NCBI GenBank assembly: GCA_043750125.1
Contig: JAYVCD010000307.1
Coordinates: 1 to 28,092, forward strand
Length of the DNA stretch: 28,092 nucleotides
Source: Archangiaceae bacterium
GTDB taxonomy: Bacteria > Myxococcota > Myxococcia > Myxococcales > Myxococcaceae
Reading direction: 5' to 3'
Part shown: positions 1 through 8,298 of the stretch, piece after piece
Numbering within the stretch: the first letter of the stretch is position 1
How the letters are laid out: each line of letters starts with the position of its first letter
The notes under the pieces: model-generated
The model's input: only the letters and a program-made list of their open reading frames with translations
Told to the model about the DNA's origin: nothing
Database searches by the model: none
Made by a program: the position numbers and the translations under genes

Positions 1-471
1 CTCGGCGCGCCGTCCGGCGCCGTCGTCGACACCGGCGCCGCCGACCGCGGCCGAGAGCTCTTTCGCACCACCGCCGGCTGCACCGCTTGCCACAACGTCA
101 CCCAGATGACCCCGGTGCCCGCCGGCGTGATCGCGATGAAGGACATCTTCCCTGGCGACGCGCCCCGCACGCTCGGGCAGCGCGATCTGCCGATGGGGCC
201 GCTGCTCGACACCGAAGGCAACACGTTCGACGACGAGATGGTCGCCTTCAACGCGTCGGTGCGAGGCTTCGAGCGGGGCGTGGCGATGCCGCTGCTGTTG
301 GATCTCGCACGCAAGCCGACCTTTCTTCACGACGACTCGGTGCCGTCGCTCGATCGGCTGCTGGACCCTGCGCGCGGGCCGGGCGCGCCGCACCCGTTCT
401 ACGTGACGGATCCCGTCGAACGGAACGAGCTGGTGCGCTTCCTTCAGCGGCTCGACGACACCCGGAAGTAG
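1..471 (+). CDS. C-terminal fragment of a c-type cytochrome (cytochrome c peroxidase/MauG-like domain); 5' end lies outside the window
   Basis: Frame 1 is open from base 1 (LGAPSGAVVDTGAADRGRELFRTTAGCTACHNVTQM...) and runs into the 106..471 ORF. It contains a CxxCH heme motif (CTACH, 79-93) preceded by RGRELF, and a downstream PLLLDLARKPTFLHDDSVPSLDRLL segment resembling the 'P-L...APYLHDGS..TL' motif of this family. Stop TAG at 469-471. Confidence 0.7.
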   Translation, partial: LGAPSGAVVDTGAADRGRELFRTTAGCTACHNVTQMTPVPAGVIAMKDIFPGDAPRTLGQRDLPMGPLLDTEGNTFDDEMVAFNASVRGFERGVAMPLLLDLARKPTFLHDDSVPSLDRLLDPARGPGAPHPFYVTDPVERNELVRFLQRLDDTRK

Positions 472-483
472 ATCCCCGCGGCG

Positions 484-2139
484 CTACTCCGCGCGATTCG
501 TCCCGCGCGGCAGCCCTTCTGGATCTCCGAGAATCGACAGCTTCGAGGTCAGCGCGCCCGCCTGCTCGTGCGGCATCAGCTCTCGCGGCGACCGGTAGTA
601 CTGCATCGGCGAGTAGAACCCGAAGTTGCTGACCCGCCCGGTGTACACGCACGCGTACTGCTCGACCTGCTCGCCGAAGCGCGAGTTCTCGTTTCCTTCC
701 TTGAACAGCAGCCCCCAGTACGGGTTGAAGCCCAGCTCGATGTCCTTCTCGAGCAGCGCGGCCAGCTCGGTCGATTCCTTGTAGGTCTTGCGCAGCTTGT
801 CGAGCTCGTACTTGACGATCTTCCGTTCTTCTTCGAGCAAGGCGCGTTGGGCGGTGTCGAGCGAGTGATCCCGTTCGAGCTTTTTCTCGATCGCGTTGAG
901 CCGGGACTTGTGGACTGAGATCTCGTCGTCCACCTGGGGCAAGAGCCGCTCGAGCTCGGCGAGGTGATCGATCTCTTCCTGCCGCGCCTCGGTGTAGAGG
1001 ATCTCGTCCTCGAGCTCCTGCACCACCATCGCCGTGCGCCACATCGAGGTCTTCTTCGACTTCAAGATGTCGCCGTAGATGTGATCGCCGACGTACAGCA
1101 CCGTCTCGCCCGCCAGTCCGGTCACCTTCTGAAACGTCGCCAGGTTGCCCCCCTGGTACACCTTGCCGCGCTCGAGCGCCGTCGCCTCGCCCAGCACCTT
1201 GTTCTCGGTCGTGAGGGTCGAGTCGATCTCGAGAAACGGTTTGTTGTCTGAAAAGAACCCCGGCTTCGAGGCCGCCGTCACCACCACGTCGAAGTAGTTG
1301 CGCCAGCTGGGGTACTCGGGAACCACTCCGTCGAGCAGGTACCGCATCACCGCGTCGGTGTAGTCCCAGTGCGAGTTGGTGAGGACGAAGAGCTTCTTTC
1401 CTCCCGACCGCAGCTTGTGCAGCGCGGGCCCGAGATCCGGGTCCTTGAAGATGTAGTGCCCGATGTCCTTGCGGATGATCTCTTTGAGCGAGTTGTCGCG
1501 ATGAACGGTGTCGATCGCCTCGCGAATGTCGTCGTACAGCTTGCCGTACTCGACGGTCTTGCCCTGCTTGCGCTCGAACAGGTCGATCGCGTCGGAAAAA
1601 AGACAGGCCTCGGGCAAGGCGAACAGGGTGTCGATCCACGCGTATTCGGGGTTCTTCAGCCTGATTCTCTCGTTGCGGTACAGCTTGTGCCGGGCCTCAT
1701 CGGTCAGCTCGGCGCGGCCGTGGTAGGCGCGGCCCACGTAGCCGTACCGATCTATCTTCAGCAGGTTGCCGTAGCGCTTGTCGACGAACAGCCCGCGCAT
1801 CACGAACGAATGGTCGTATTTTATCTGGCTGAACTCTTCGGGGTAGCCGAACTTCGAAATCAGCTTCGCGACCGTCATGTCGAACGACAGCTGCTCGATT
1901 CGGCGCAAATGATAAATCGCGAGCGTGTAGTCCATGTCGAAGCCGACCGCCGACACGTTGGCCATCTTCAGGTTGCGGTTGACGTAGATCTGGCGCGACC
2001 TCGGAACAGGCGCACGATCGGCTCGACCGATCAGCCCCTTCAGCTGCTCGTCGATCAAAATCCCGCGTGCGCGGCGGGCCGCTTCTTCCGCCCGGGCCCG
2101 ATTTACCGGCCCCAGAACGCTTCCATGCAGTGGTTCCAA
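484..2139 (-). CDS. HAD-IG family (cN-II-type) 5'-nucleotidase
   Basis: HAD motif I GFDMDYTLA, motif II LTNS, K in ASKPGFF, motif IV LYVGDHIYGDILKSKK, and the N-terminal IYVNRNL typical of cN-II. The start is uncertain (TTG at 2139). Confidence 0.92.
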   Translation of the reverse strand: MEPLHGSVLGPVNRARAEEAARRARGILIDEQLKGLIGRADRAPVPRSRQIYVNRNLKMANVSAVGFDMDYTLAIYHLRRIEQLSFDMTVAKLISKFGYPEEFSQIKYDHSFVMRGLFVDKRYGNLLKIDRYGYVGRAYHGRAELTDEARHKLYRNERIRLKNPEYAWIDTLFALPEACLFSDAIDLFERKQGKTVEYGKLYDDIREAIDTVHRDNSLKEIIRKDIGHYIFKDPDLGPALHKLRSGGKKLFVLTNSHWDYTDAVMRYLLDGVVPEYPSWRNYFDVVVTAASKPGFFSDNKPFLEIDSTLTTENKVLGEATALERGKVYQGGNLATFQKVTGLAGETVLYVGDHIYGDILKSKKTSMWRTAMVVQELEDEILYTEARQEEIDHLAELERLLPQVDDEISVHKSRLNAIEKKLERDHSLDTAQRALLEEERKIVKYELDKLRKTYKESTELAALLEKDIELGFNPYWGLLFKEGNENSRFGEQVEQYACVYTGRVSNFGFYSPMQYYRSPRELMPHEQAGALTSKLSILGDPEGLPRGTNRAE

Positions 2140-2183
2140 GATTTTCCCTTATTCGCCAATCAATGGCAGCCTGCACTCTAAGC

Positions 2184-2468
2184 ATGGCCGCCCGTTCCAA
2201 ACGCAAAGAACCCCCGACCCTGAAGCTGCGGGCCCGCATCGAAGAGCTCGAGCTGCGGGTCAAGCTGCTCGAAGCCCGGGTGCGCAGTGGCCTGGTTCAG
2301 GGGCGCCGCCCCTCGGACGAAGTGCGAATGCGCAGCGCCAAAGCCCGCAGGTCTCGCCCTCGCTGTGCAGGGTGCCACCTCGAGCTGCCGCCCGGACGGC
2401 GGGGTGAGAGCTGCGTGTGGTGTGGGTTCCAGTTGGACGCAGTCGCCGCTGCGTTCCGCAGCAAGTGA
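2184..2468 (+). CDS. Small basic protein with coiled coil and C-terminal CxxC-x12-CxxC zinc ribbon
   Basis: ATG at 2184 (alternative 2163). Heptad LRARIEELELRVKLLEARVR followed by CAGC...CVWC. Its stop overlaps the next gene's GTG (GTGA, 2465-2468). Confidence 0.75.
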   Translation: MAARSKRKEPPTLKLRARIEELELRVKLLEARVRSGLVQGRRPSDEVRMRSAKARRSRPRCAGCHLELPPGRRGESCVWCGFQLDAVAAAFRSK

Positions 2469-4288
2469 CAGCGCAGTACAGACTGTTGGGCCGGATCGAG
2501 ACCGGCGAGCTGGCCGAGCTCTACCGGGCCGAGCGCGATGGGTCCGAGAAGGTCGTCATCAAGCTGTTTCACCCCCGAACGTCCGACGTGGCGTACGCCC
2601 AGGCGGTCGCCGAAACCGCGCGGCTGCTCACCCACGTCGCTCACCCCGGCGTCGCCCACGTCCTCGAGATTGGGCTGGTCAACCATCGGCTGGCGGTCGT
2701 CCGGGAAGATGCCGGCCGCTTCAACCTGGGCACCGCGCTTCAGCGGCTGAACACCAAAGAGGTCCTGCTCGCTCCGGCGCTGGCCCTGGCCTGGATCATC
2801 GAGCTGCTCGAGCTGGTGCACGAGGCCCACCAGGCGGGCGTGGTTCACGGCGCGCTGAACCCGGGGAACGTGATGCTGACTCCCGAAGGCCGGCCGGCGG
2901 TGTGCGACTTCGGAGCGCTGGCGGCCCTCAACTCTTCCCCGGGGCTGAAGAAGAATTTCAAGGGCCCGGGCCGCAACAACTACCGGGCTCCCGAGATCTC
3001 GAAGAATGAACCGGTCAGCGTTCAAAGCGACCTCTATTCGCTGGGCGCGATCACCTACGAGCTGCTGACCCTGCGCGAGCCGGGCGCGGCGACGATCAGC
3101 ACCCGAAGAGATCTGGTTCCACCCCCTTCGCGACTCGACCGTCGAATCAATTCCCGACTGGACCCGATCGTCCTTCGCGCGATCGAAGCGGCGCCCAACC
3201 GTCGGTTCAAGAGCTGCGCCGACTTTGCCAACGCCTTGCGCGATTTTCTGGTGAACAACGGCGGGCAGCCCTCTATGGAAGATTTGAAGCGGTTCACGCT
3301 CGAGCTCTTTCCCCGCGAAGTGAACGCCGACGCGATGGGGCCCGTGCCGTTCGCCGAACGGTTCAGCCTCACCGAGGTCGACGGGGCGGAATTGGAAGAG
3401 AACGACGAACGGTCGTTGGTGGTGATGGCGAGAAAGGCATTCTCGGGGGGCGAGGCCGATGACCAGGCGCCGACCAGCCAGGCGCTGCCCCGATTTTCTG
3501 ATGCCACCCCCACCGCCGAGGCCCAGGGCGCCCCTTCCGATCGCCGTGAGACCGAAGAGATTCTGGAAGCCCCCAATCGGTCGTCGACCATTTCCTGGGA
3601 TGCGCCGCCTTCGGTCGAGCCGGTCGCGAAGAAGGTCGAGCTGGCGCAGGCCAATGCGGCCGCGTTGATGAAGCGCGTCCGGGTGATGAAAGATTTCAGC
3701 CAGAGCCCCGAGCCCCCGAAGAGAGACAGAGAAGAGCTGTCCGCGGCCCGACCGAAGCCGATGGCCTACGCGATGACGCCCGCCGACAGCCAGCCGTACG
3801 ACGCGCCCAGAATTCGCGGGTCGAGCGGGAAGCGAAGCCTCGAGGCCGCTCGAAGGCAGCGGGCGAAGATGAGCGCGCTCGCGGTGACCTTCGCCTTCGT
3901 CGGCCTCGCCATCTTTGGAACCGCCTTCTGGATGCGCCACAACGGATATCTGCCCGGAGCTCCGCCAAGCAAGTTCGTGCGCCCCGTCTTACCGGCGCCC
4001 AGAAGTCCCGAGGGGGTCAAGCCCATTGCTCCGCCAGCACCGAAGGTCGACTGCTATGAGCCTGCCCCGAAGAAAGGAGCCGCGCTGCTGACAGTGATCA
4101 AGCGCGGCTCGGTGAAGGTTGAGCTCGATGGCGAGCTGCTGTGCGATCTGGACAAAGTGCCGGTGAAACCCGGAATGCACAAAGTGACGATGACCGACCT
4201 CAAGACTGGCCTCAAGGAAGACCAGAAACTCAAGCTCACCGCCGGGGCGAGCACCAAGATCGAAGCCTTCTTGAGGGGAACCAAATGA
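2465..4288 (+). CDS. Membrane-anchored Hanks-type Ser/Thr kinase-like protein (probable pseudokinase) with C-terminal extracytoplasmic PEGA-like domain
   Basis: Kinase subdomains present: YRLLGRI, VVIK, HPGVAHV, DFG (2906-2914), YRAPE, SDLYSLG. The catalytic loop reads HGALNPGN instead of HRDLKPxN. Hydrophobic helix ALAVTFAFVGLAIFGTAFW, then a Pro-rich linker and a beta-rich tail (VELDGE...VKPGMHKVT). Start placed at the GTGA overlap. Confidence 0.88.
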   Translation: MTAQYRLLGRIETGELAELYRAERDGSEKVVIKLFHPRTSDVAYAQAVAETARLLTHVAHPGVAHVLEIGLVNHRLAVVREDAGRFNLGTALQRLNTKEVLLAPALALAWIIELLELVHEAHQAGVVHGALNPGNVMLTPEGRPAVCDFGALAALNSSPGLKKNFKGPGRNNYRAPEISKNEPVSVQSDLYSLGAITYELLTLREPGAATISTRRDLVPPPSRLDRRINSRLDPIVLRAIEAAPNRRFKSCADFANALRDFLVNNGGQPSMEDLKRFTLELFPREVNADAMGPVPFAERFSLTEVDGAELEENDERSLVVMARKAFSGGEADDQAPTSQALPRFSDATPTAEAQGAPSDRRETEEILEAPNRSSTISWDAPPSVEPVAKKVELAQANAAALMKRVRVMKDFSQSPEPPKRDREELSAARPKPMAYAMTPADSQPYDAPRIRGSSGKRSLEAARRQRAKMSALAVTFAFVGLAIFGTAFWMRHNGYLPGAPPSKFVRPVLPAPRSPEGVKPIAPPAPKVDCYEPAPKKGAALLTVIKRGSVKVELDGELLCDLDKVPVKPGMHKVTMTDLKTGLKEDQKLKLTAGASTKIEAFLRGTK

Positions 4289-4944
4289 CCGAACCCGTCA
4301 CCCGCGTCTTCATCGTCGAAGATCAGCCGGCGCTGCTGAAGAACCTGATCAAGGTCCTCGCCACTTTTCCCGAGCTGGAAGTCGTCGGTAGCGCGCAGGA
4401 AGGAGAAAGCGGAGTCGAGCAGGTCCTCGAGCTCAAGCCCCACTTGCTGCTGCTCGATCTCGAGCTCCCCGGGATCGATGGAATCGAGGTCACCCGTCGG
4501 GTGAAGCGGCGCGCCCCCGAGGTCGAAGTGTTGATCCTCACCTCGTTCGACAACGAGCAGAAAGTCTACGAGGCAATTCAGGCCGGAGCCTCTGGGTACC
4601 TGGTCAAGCGGGTCGGGCCCGAGAAGATCCGCTCGGGGATCAAAGAAGTGATGGAAGGCGGCACGGTGATCGAAGCGGTGATTGCCCGGCGCTTCTGGAA
4701 TTACTTTCAGTCGGTCCAGGCCCGGCCCGCGGTCCCGTCCAACCCCTGGAACCTGACTCCGCTCGAGTTCGACGTCCTGCGCTTCGTGGGGAAGGGGCTG
4801 TCGAACGCCGAAGTCGGCCAGGTGATGACGCTCGAGCGCCGAACGGTGCGAACCCACCTCTCACACATCTACCGGAAGATGGGCGTCAACTCGCATGTCG
4901 AAGCGGTCGTGATGGCGCTCAAGGCGGGGATCGTCGAGCTGTGA
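4285..4944 (+). CDS. NarL/LuxR-family DNA-binding response regulator
   Basis: Receiver residues intact (IVED, LLLDLELPGIDG, ILTS, YLVK). LuxR HTH LTPLEFDVLRFVGKGLSNAEVGQVMTLERRTVRTHLSHIYRKMGV. SD GAGGGG upstream of the ATG, with ATGA overlap. Confidence 0.95.
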   Translation: MTEPVTRVFIVEDQPALLKNLIKVLATFPELEVVGSAQEGESGVEQVLELKPHLLLLDLELPGIDGIEVTRRVKRRAPEVEVLILTSFDNEQKVYEAIQAGASGYLVKRVGPEKIRSGIKEVMEGGTVIEAVIARRFWNYFQSVQARPAVPSNPWNLTPLEFDVLRFVGKGLSNAEVGQVMTLERRTVRTHLSHIYRKMGVNSHVEAVVMALKAGIVEL

Positions 4945-5894
4945 TGGTCTGGCTGTTGTGCGCGGTGATGGCCGCGGATCCTGGAAACGAGGTCACCGTC
5001 TCTCACCGCAAGGTGCTCGCCTCGGACGGGGTCGCGCTCGCGCTGTACCGCTATGCGCCCGCCTCGGGCGGTGAGGGAAAGCCGCCGGTGCTGTTGATCG
5101 CCGACTTCGGCCTCGGACGCGCGGTGTTTGATCTGCGGGGCGAAGGGCTGGCGCGTTGGTTGGCCCAACGGGGGCGGGTGGCGTTCGTTGCCGAGCTTCG
5201 CGGGCAGGGGCAGGCTTCGGGCACCGCGTGGACTCCGGCTGAGATTGTCTCGAAGGACCTTCCCGCGATCGCCGCTGCGATCGGCGGCGGGCCGTTCGAC
5301 GCAGTGGCGCACGGCTGGGCGGGCACATTGGTTCTGGCCGCCAGCGTTCAAGAGCTGCAGGGAAGGGTGCGAAGGGTCGTCTGCCTGGCCACTCCCGCCG
5401 AGTTTGCAGTTCCCAGCCCCCTGGCCCAGGCGCTGCTTCTTTCCGGAGGCGGCCTGGGGTCGCTGGGCGCAGACCCCGAAGGCGCGAAGATCTTCGAGCT
5501 GCTGTTCGCGCTGGGGGCGAAGATCCGACCCGCGCAGCTCTTCGCACTGCGCAGCAGCGGCTTTAGCGACCTGGGCCCGAAAGCGTCGGCGGCGCTGCTG
5601 CGGTGGATGCAGTCCGGAGACCTGCAGCTTTCGACCGGCGAGTCCCTCAAGGCCCGGCTCAAGCGCTACGACCGGCCGACGATTCAGTTCCTCGGGCTCG
5701 CCGACGGCTGGGCCAATTCTGAGCTGTGCGGCACTCTGCGCGAAGTGACCCAGGCGAAGGTCAAAATCAGGGTCTTCAGTCGCTTCGATTACATCTCCGA
5801 GGACTACAGCCACCTGTCGCTGCTGCAGGGCGAAGGCGCTCCGAGAGAGATCTTCGCCCCCGCGCTGAAGTTCCTCGATCAGGATCTGCGATGA
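4941..5894 (+). CDS. Secreted alpha/beta-hydrolase-fold protein lacking the nucleophile serine
   Basis: Short hydrophobic N-terminus, then DGVALALYRY, PVLLIAD, LARWLAQRG, ELRGQG, DLPA and C-terminal YSHLSLL, all colinear with the next gene. The nucleophile elbow is AHGWAG rather than GHSxG. Start is GTG 4941 or ATG 4944. Confidence 0.8.
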   Translation: MMVWLLCAVMAADPGNEVTVSHRKVLASDGVALALYRYAPASGGEGKPPVLLIADFGLGRAVFDLRGEGLARWLAQRGRVAFVAELRGQGQASGTAWTPAEIVSKDLPAIAAAIGGGPFDAVAHGWAGTLVLAASVQELQGRVRRVVCLATPAEFAVPSPLAQALLLSGGGLGSLGADPEGAKIFELLFALGAKIRPAQLFALRSSGFSDLGPKASAALLRWMQSGDLQLSTGESLKARLKRYDRPTIQFLGLADGWANSELCGTLREVTQAKVKIRVFSRFDYISEDYSHLSLLQGEGAPREIFAPALKFLDQDLR

Positions 5895-6934
5895 GGCCCA
5901 TGCTTTGGGCCCTGCTGCTCTCCGGTTGCGCGAGTCTGCAGTGGATTCCTCTTCCTCAAAACGCCGAATCCCACCGGGTCAGAACCGCAGACGCGTGGGA
6001 AATTGCGGTGGTTCGCTATCGACCCAAAGGTCCGCCGACGGGTCGCCCGGTGCTGCTGATTCACGGAATTGCCGCCAACGCGCGCAACCTCGATCTGGAT
6101 GAGGAGCACAGCCTCGCCCGCTGGTTCGCAAGCCAGGGCCGCGAGACCTGGAACGTCTCGTTGCGCGGAACCGGAGACTCGGACGAAGCCAACGGGGGCG
6201 ACCGGCCCAGCAGCTACGACTTCGACGCTTTCTGGAAGTTCGACCTGCCCGCGGTGATCGACTTCGTGAAGAAGGAAACCGGGGTCGACGCGGTCGACTG
6301 CGTCGGCCACAGCATGGGCGGCATGGTCCTCTATGCCTATCTGTCGCAGGGCGGGCAGGGGGTCCACGCCGCCGCCACCCTGGGCAGCCCGACCCGGCTC
6401 GACTGGGGGACCAACACCGAGGCGATGATCTCCACCGGCTCGAAGCTGATTCCGGCCGGCTGGGCGCTGTGGACCGCGGTCGGAGCGCATGCCGTCGTCG
6501 GGCTGCAGGGCCTCGTCGCCGAAGACCCGTTCGAGCGGCTCTTCTACGTCCCCGGCAACACCTCGATTCGAACCTGGAAACGCCTGATCGCCTATGGCAC
6601 CGCCGACATCTCCAGCGGAGTCGCCACCCAGTTCATCTCGCTGGTCGTCAAAGGCACCTTCGGCAGCGTCGATGGCCAGCTCGACTATCGACGCGATCTC
6701 GCCCGGGTGACGATTCCGGTGCTCGTGGTCGCGGCGCGCCTCGATCGGCTCGCGCTCACCCCCTCGGTCTACGACGGGTACCGTGCGCTGGGGGGCCAGA
6801 AGCAGTGGCTGTTGATCTCTCGCGCGCAAGGCGCAGTTGCCGAGTACGGTCACATGGATCTCGTCCTCGGGGACCGCGCCAGTACCGAGGTGTGGACTCC
6901 GGTTCTTCAGTTCTTCAATCGCCACGAGCGTTAA
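5891..6934 (+). CDS. Lipoprotein alpha/beta hydrolase (lipase/esterase or PHA-synthase-like)
   Basis: Lipobox LSGC, oxyanion LIHG, nucleophile GHSMGG, acid RLDRL, His in YGHMDL. ATGA overlap with the upstream gene. Confidence 0.9.
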   Translation: MRPMLWALLLSGCASLQWIPLPQNAESHRVRTADAWEIAVVRYRPKGPPTGRPVLLIHGIAANARNLDLDEEHSLARWFASQGRETWNVSLRGTGDSDEANGGDRPSSYDFDAFWKFDLPAVIDFVKKETGVDAVDCVGHSMGGMVLYAYLSQGGQGVHAAATLGSPTRLDWGTNTEAMISTGSKLIPAGWALWTAVGAHAVVGLQGLVAEDPFERLFYVPGNTSIRTWKRLIAYGTADISSGVATQFISLVVKGTFGSVDGQLDYRRDLARVTIPVLVVAARLDRLALTPSVYDGYRALGGQKQWLLISRAQGAVAEYGHMDLVLGDRASTEVWTPVLQFFNRHER

Positions 6935-6942
6935 GGAAACGA

Positions 6943-8298
6943 ATGATGAAAACCACCAAGAGCGCTTCGAAGAAGGCCGCTGTGAGCAAGGTCGCGTTGC
7001 CCCCTGAGCTCGAAGCGATTGCCCAGACGGTGATCGAGCACAAGCTGCCCAACGGCTTGAAGATTCGCCTGCTCCCGTCCGATGCGGTGCCGACGTGCAC
7101 CTTTTACACTTTCTTCCGGGTCGGCTCGCGCAACGAGCGGCCGGGGATCACCGGCATCAGCCACCTGTTCGAACACATGATGTTCAACGGCGCCAAGCGG
7201 TACGGCCCCGGTGAGTTCGACAAGGTGCTCGAGAGCAACGGCGGCTCGTCGAACGCGTACACCTCGAACGACGTGACCGTCTATTACGAGGACTTCATGG
7301 CCGAGGCGCTCGAGCGGGTCGTCGACCTCGAGTCCGATCGAATGCGATCGCTGCAGGTGACTCCAAAGATGCTCGCCAGCGAACGCCAGGTGGTGATCGA
7401 AGAGCGTCGGCTGCGGGTCGACAACGAGATCTCCGGAATGATGGACGAAGAGCTTTCCTGCCTGATCTACAAGGCCCACCCGTACCGGTGGCCGGTGATC
7501 GGCTGGATGAAGGACATCGAAGCGATCAAGCGCGAAGACTGTCTCGAGTTCTTCCGCACCTACTACGCGCCCAACAACGCCACCGTGTACATCGCCGGCG
7601 ACTTCGACCCGAAGCAGGCGCTGAAGTTGATCAAGAAGTACTACGCGGGAATCAAGGCCGGTCCTCCGGTGCCGCTCGTTCAGGACTCGGAGCCCGAGCA
7701 GAAGGGCGAGCGCCGCGCCGACGTTCACCACCCCGCGCAGGCTCCCTCTTTGATGATCGCGTGGCGTGGCCCCAACGCCACCGACCCCGATACCCTGGTG
7801 CTCGATGTCCTGCAGTACGCGCTGTCGGTGGGGCAGTCGAGCCGCCTCACCAAGTCGATGGTCTACGCGAAGGAAATCGCGGTCTCGGTCTCAGTCGATT
7901 GGTCCTGGCGCTTCGACCCGGGCTCCTTTGTGATCGGCATCGAGCTCAAGCCCGGCTCTGATCCCCGGCTCGCCGAAGCCGCGCTCTATGAGGAGCTGGC
8001 CCACGTGGTGCGCGAGGGGCTGACGGAAAAAGAGCTTCAGAAAGCGAAGAACAACCTCTCGGCGCACCTGCTGCGCGAGCTCTCGACCAACAACGGCCGT
8101 GCCCACGCCCTGGGATCCTACGAGACGATGTTGGGTCACTGGCGCGAAGGCCTCGCCCTGGCTTCGCGGTACGAGACCGTCACCGGCGAACAGGTGCGCG
8201 CTGCGGCCGCCCGGTACCTCGACGCCTCGCGTCGTTCGGTCGTGACCCTGGTTCCCATTCTGGAAGAGTCTGCCGTCTCGGCCGCGGAGGCCGCATGA
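6943..8298 (+). CDS. M16B zinc peptidase, catalytic subunit
   Basis: Inverted zincin motif HLFEH in GISHLFEHMMF, plus NAYTS, ERQVVIEE, HPYRWPVIG, YYAPNN. SD AAGGA at 6933-6937. Confidence 0.93.
   Translation: MMKTTKSASKKAAVSKVALPPELEAIAQTVIEHKLPNGLKIRLLPSDAVPTCTFYTFFRVGSRNERPGITGISHLFEHMMFNGAKRYGPGEFDKVLESNGGSSNAYTSNDVTVYYEDFMAEALERVVDLESDRMRSLQVTPKMLASERQVVIEERRLRVDNEISGMMDEELSCLIYKAHPYRWPVIGWMKDIEAIKREDCLEFFRTYYAPNNATVYIAGDFDPKQALKLIKKYYAGIKAGPPVPLVQDSEPEQKGERRADVHHPAQAPSLMIAWRGPNATDPDTLVLDVLQYALSVGQSSRLTKSMVYAKEIAVSVSVDWSWRFDPGSFVIGIELKPGSDPRLAEAALYEELAHVVREGLTEKELQKAKNNLSAHLLRELSTNNGRAHALGSYETMLGHWREGLALASRYETVTGEQVRAAAARYLDASRRSVVTLVPILEESAVSAAEAA

Noticed and set aside
2364..2378. CAGCH in the small ORF as a heme c attachment site
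   Set aside because: There is no export signal, and a second CxxC follows 12 residues later, which fits a zinc ribbon better.
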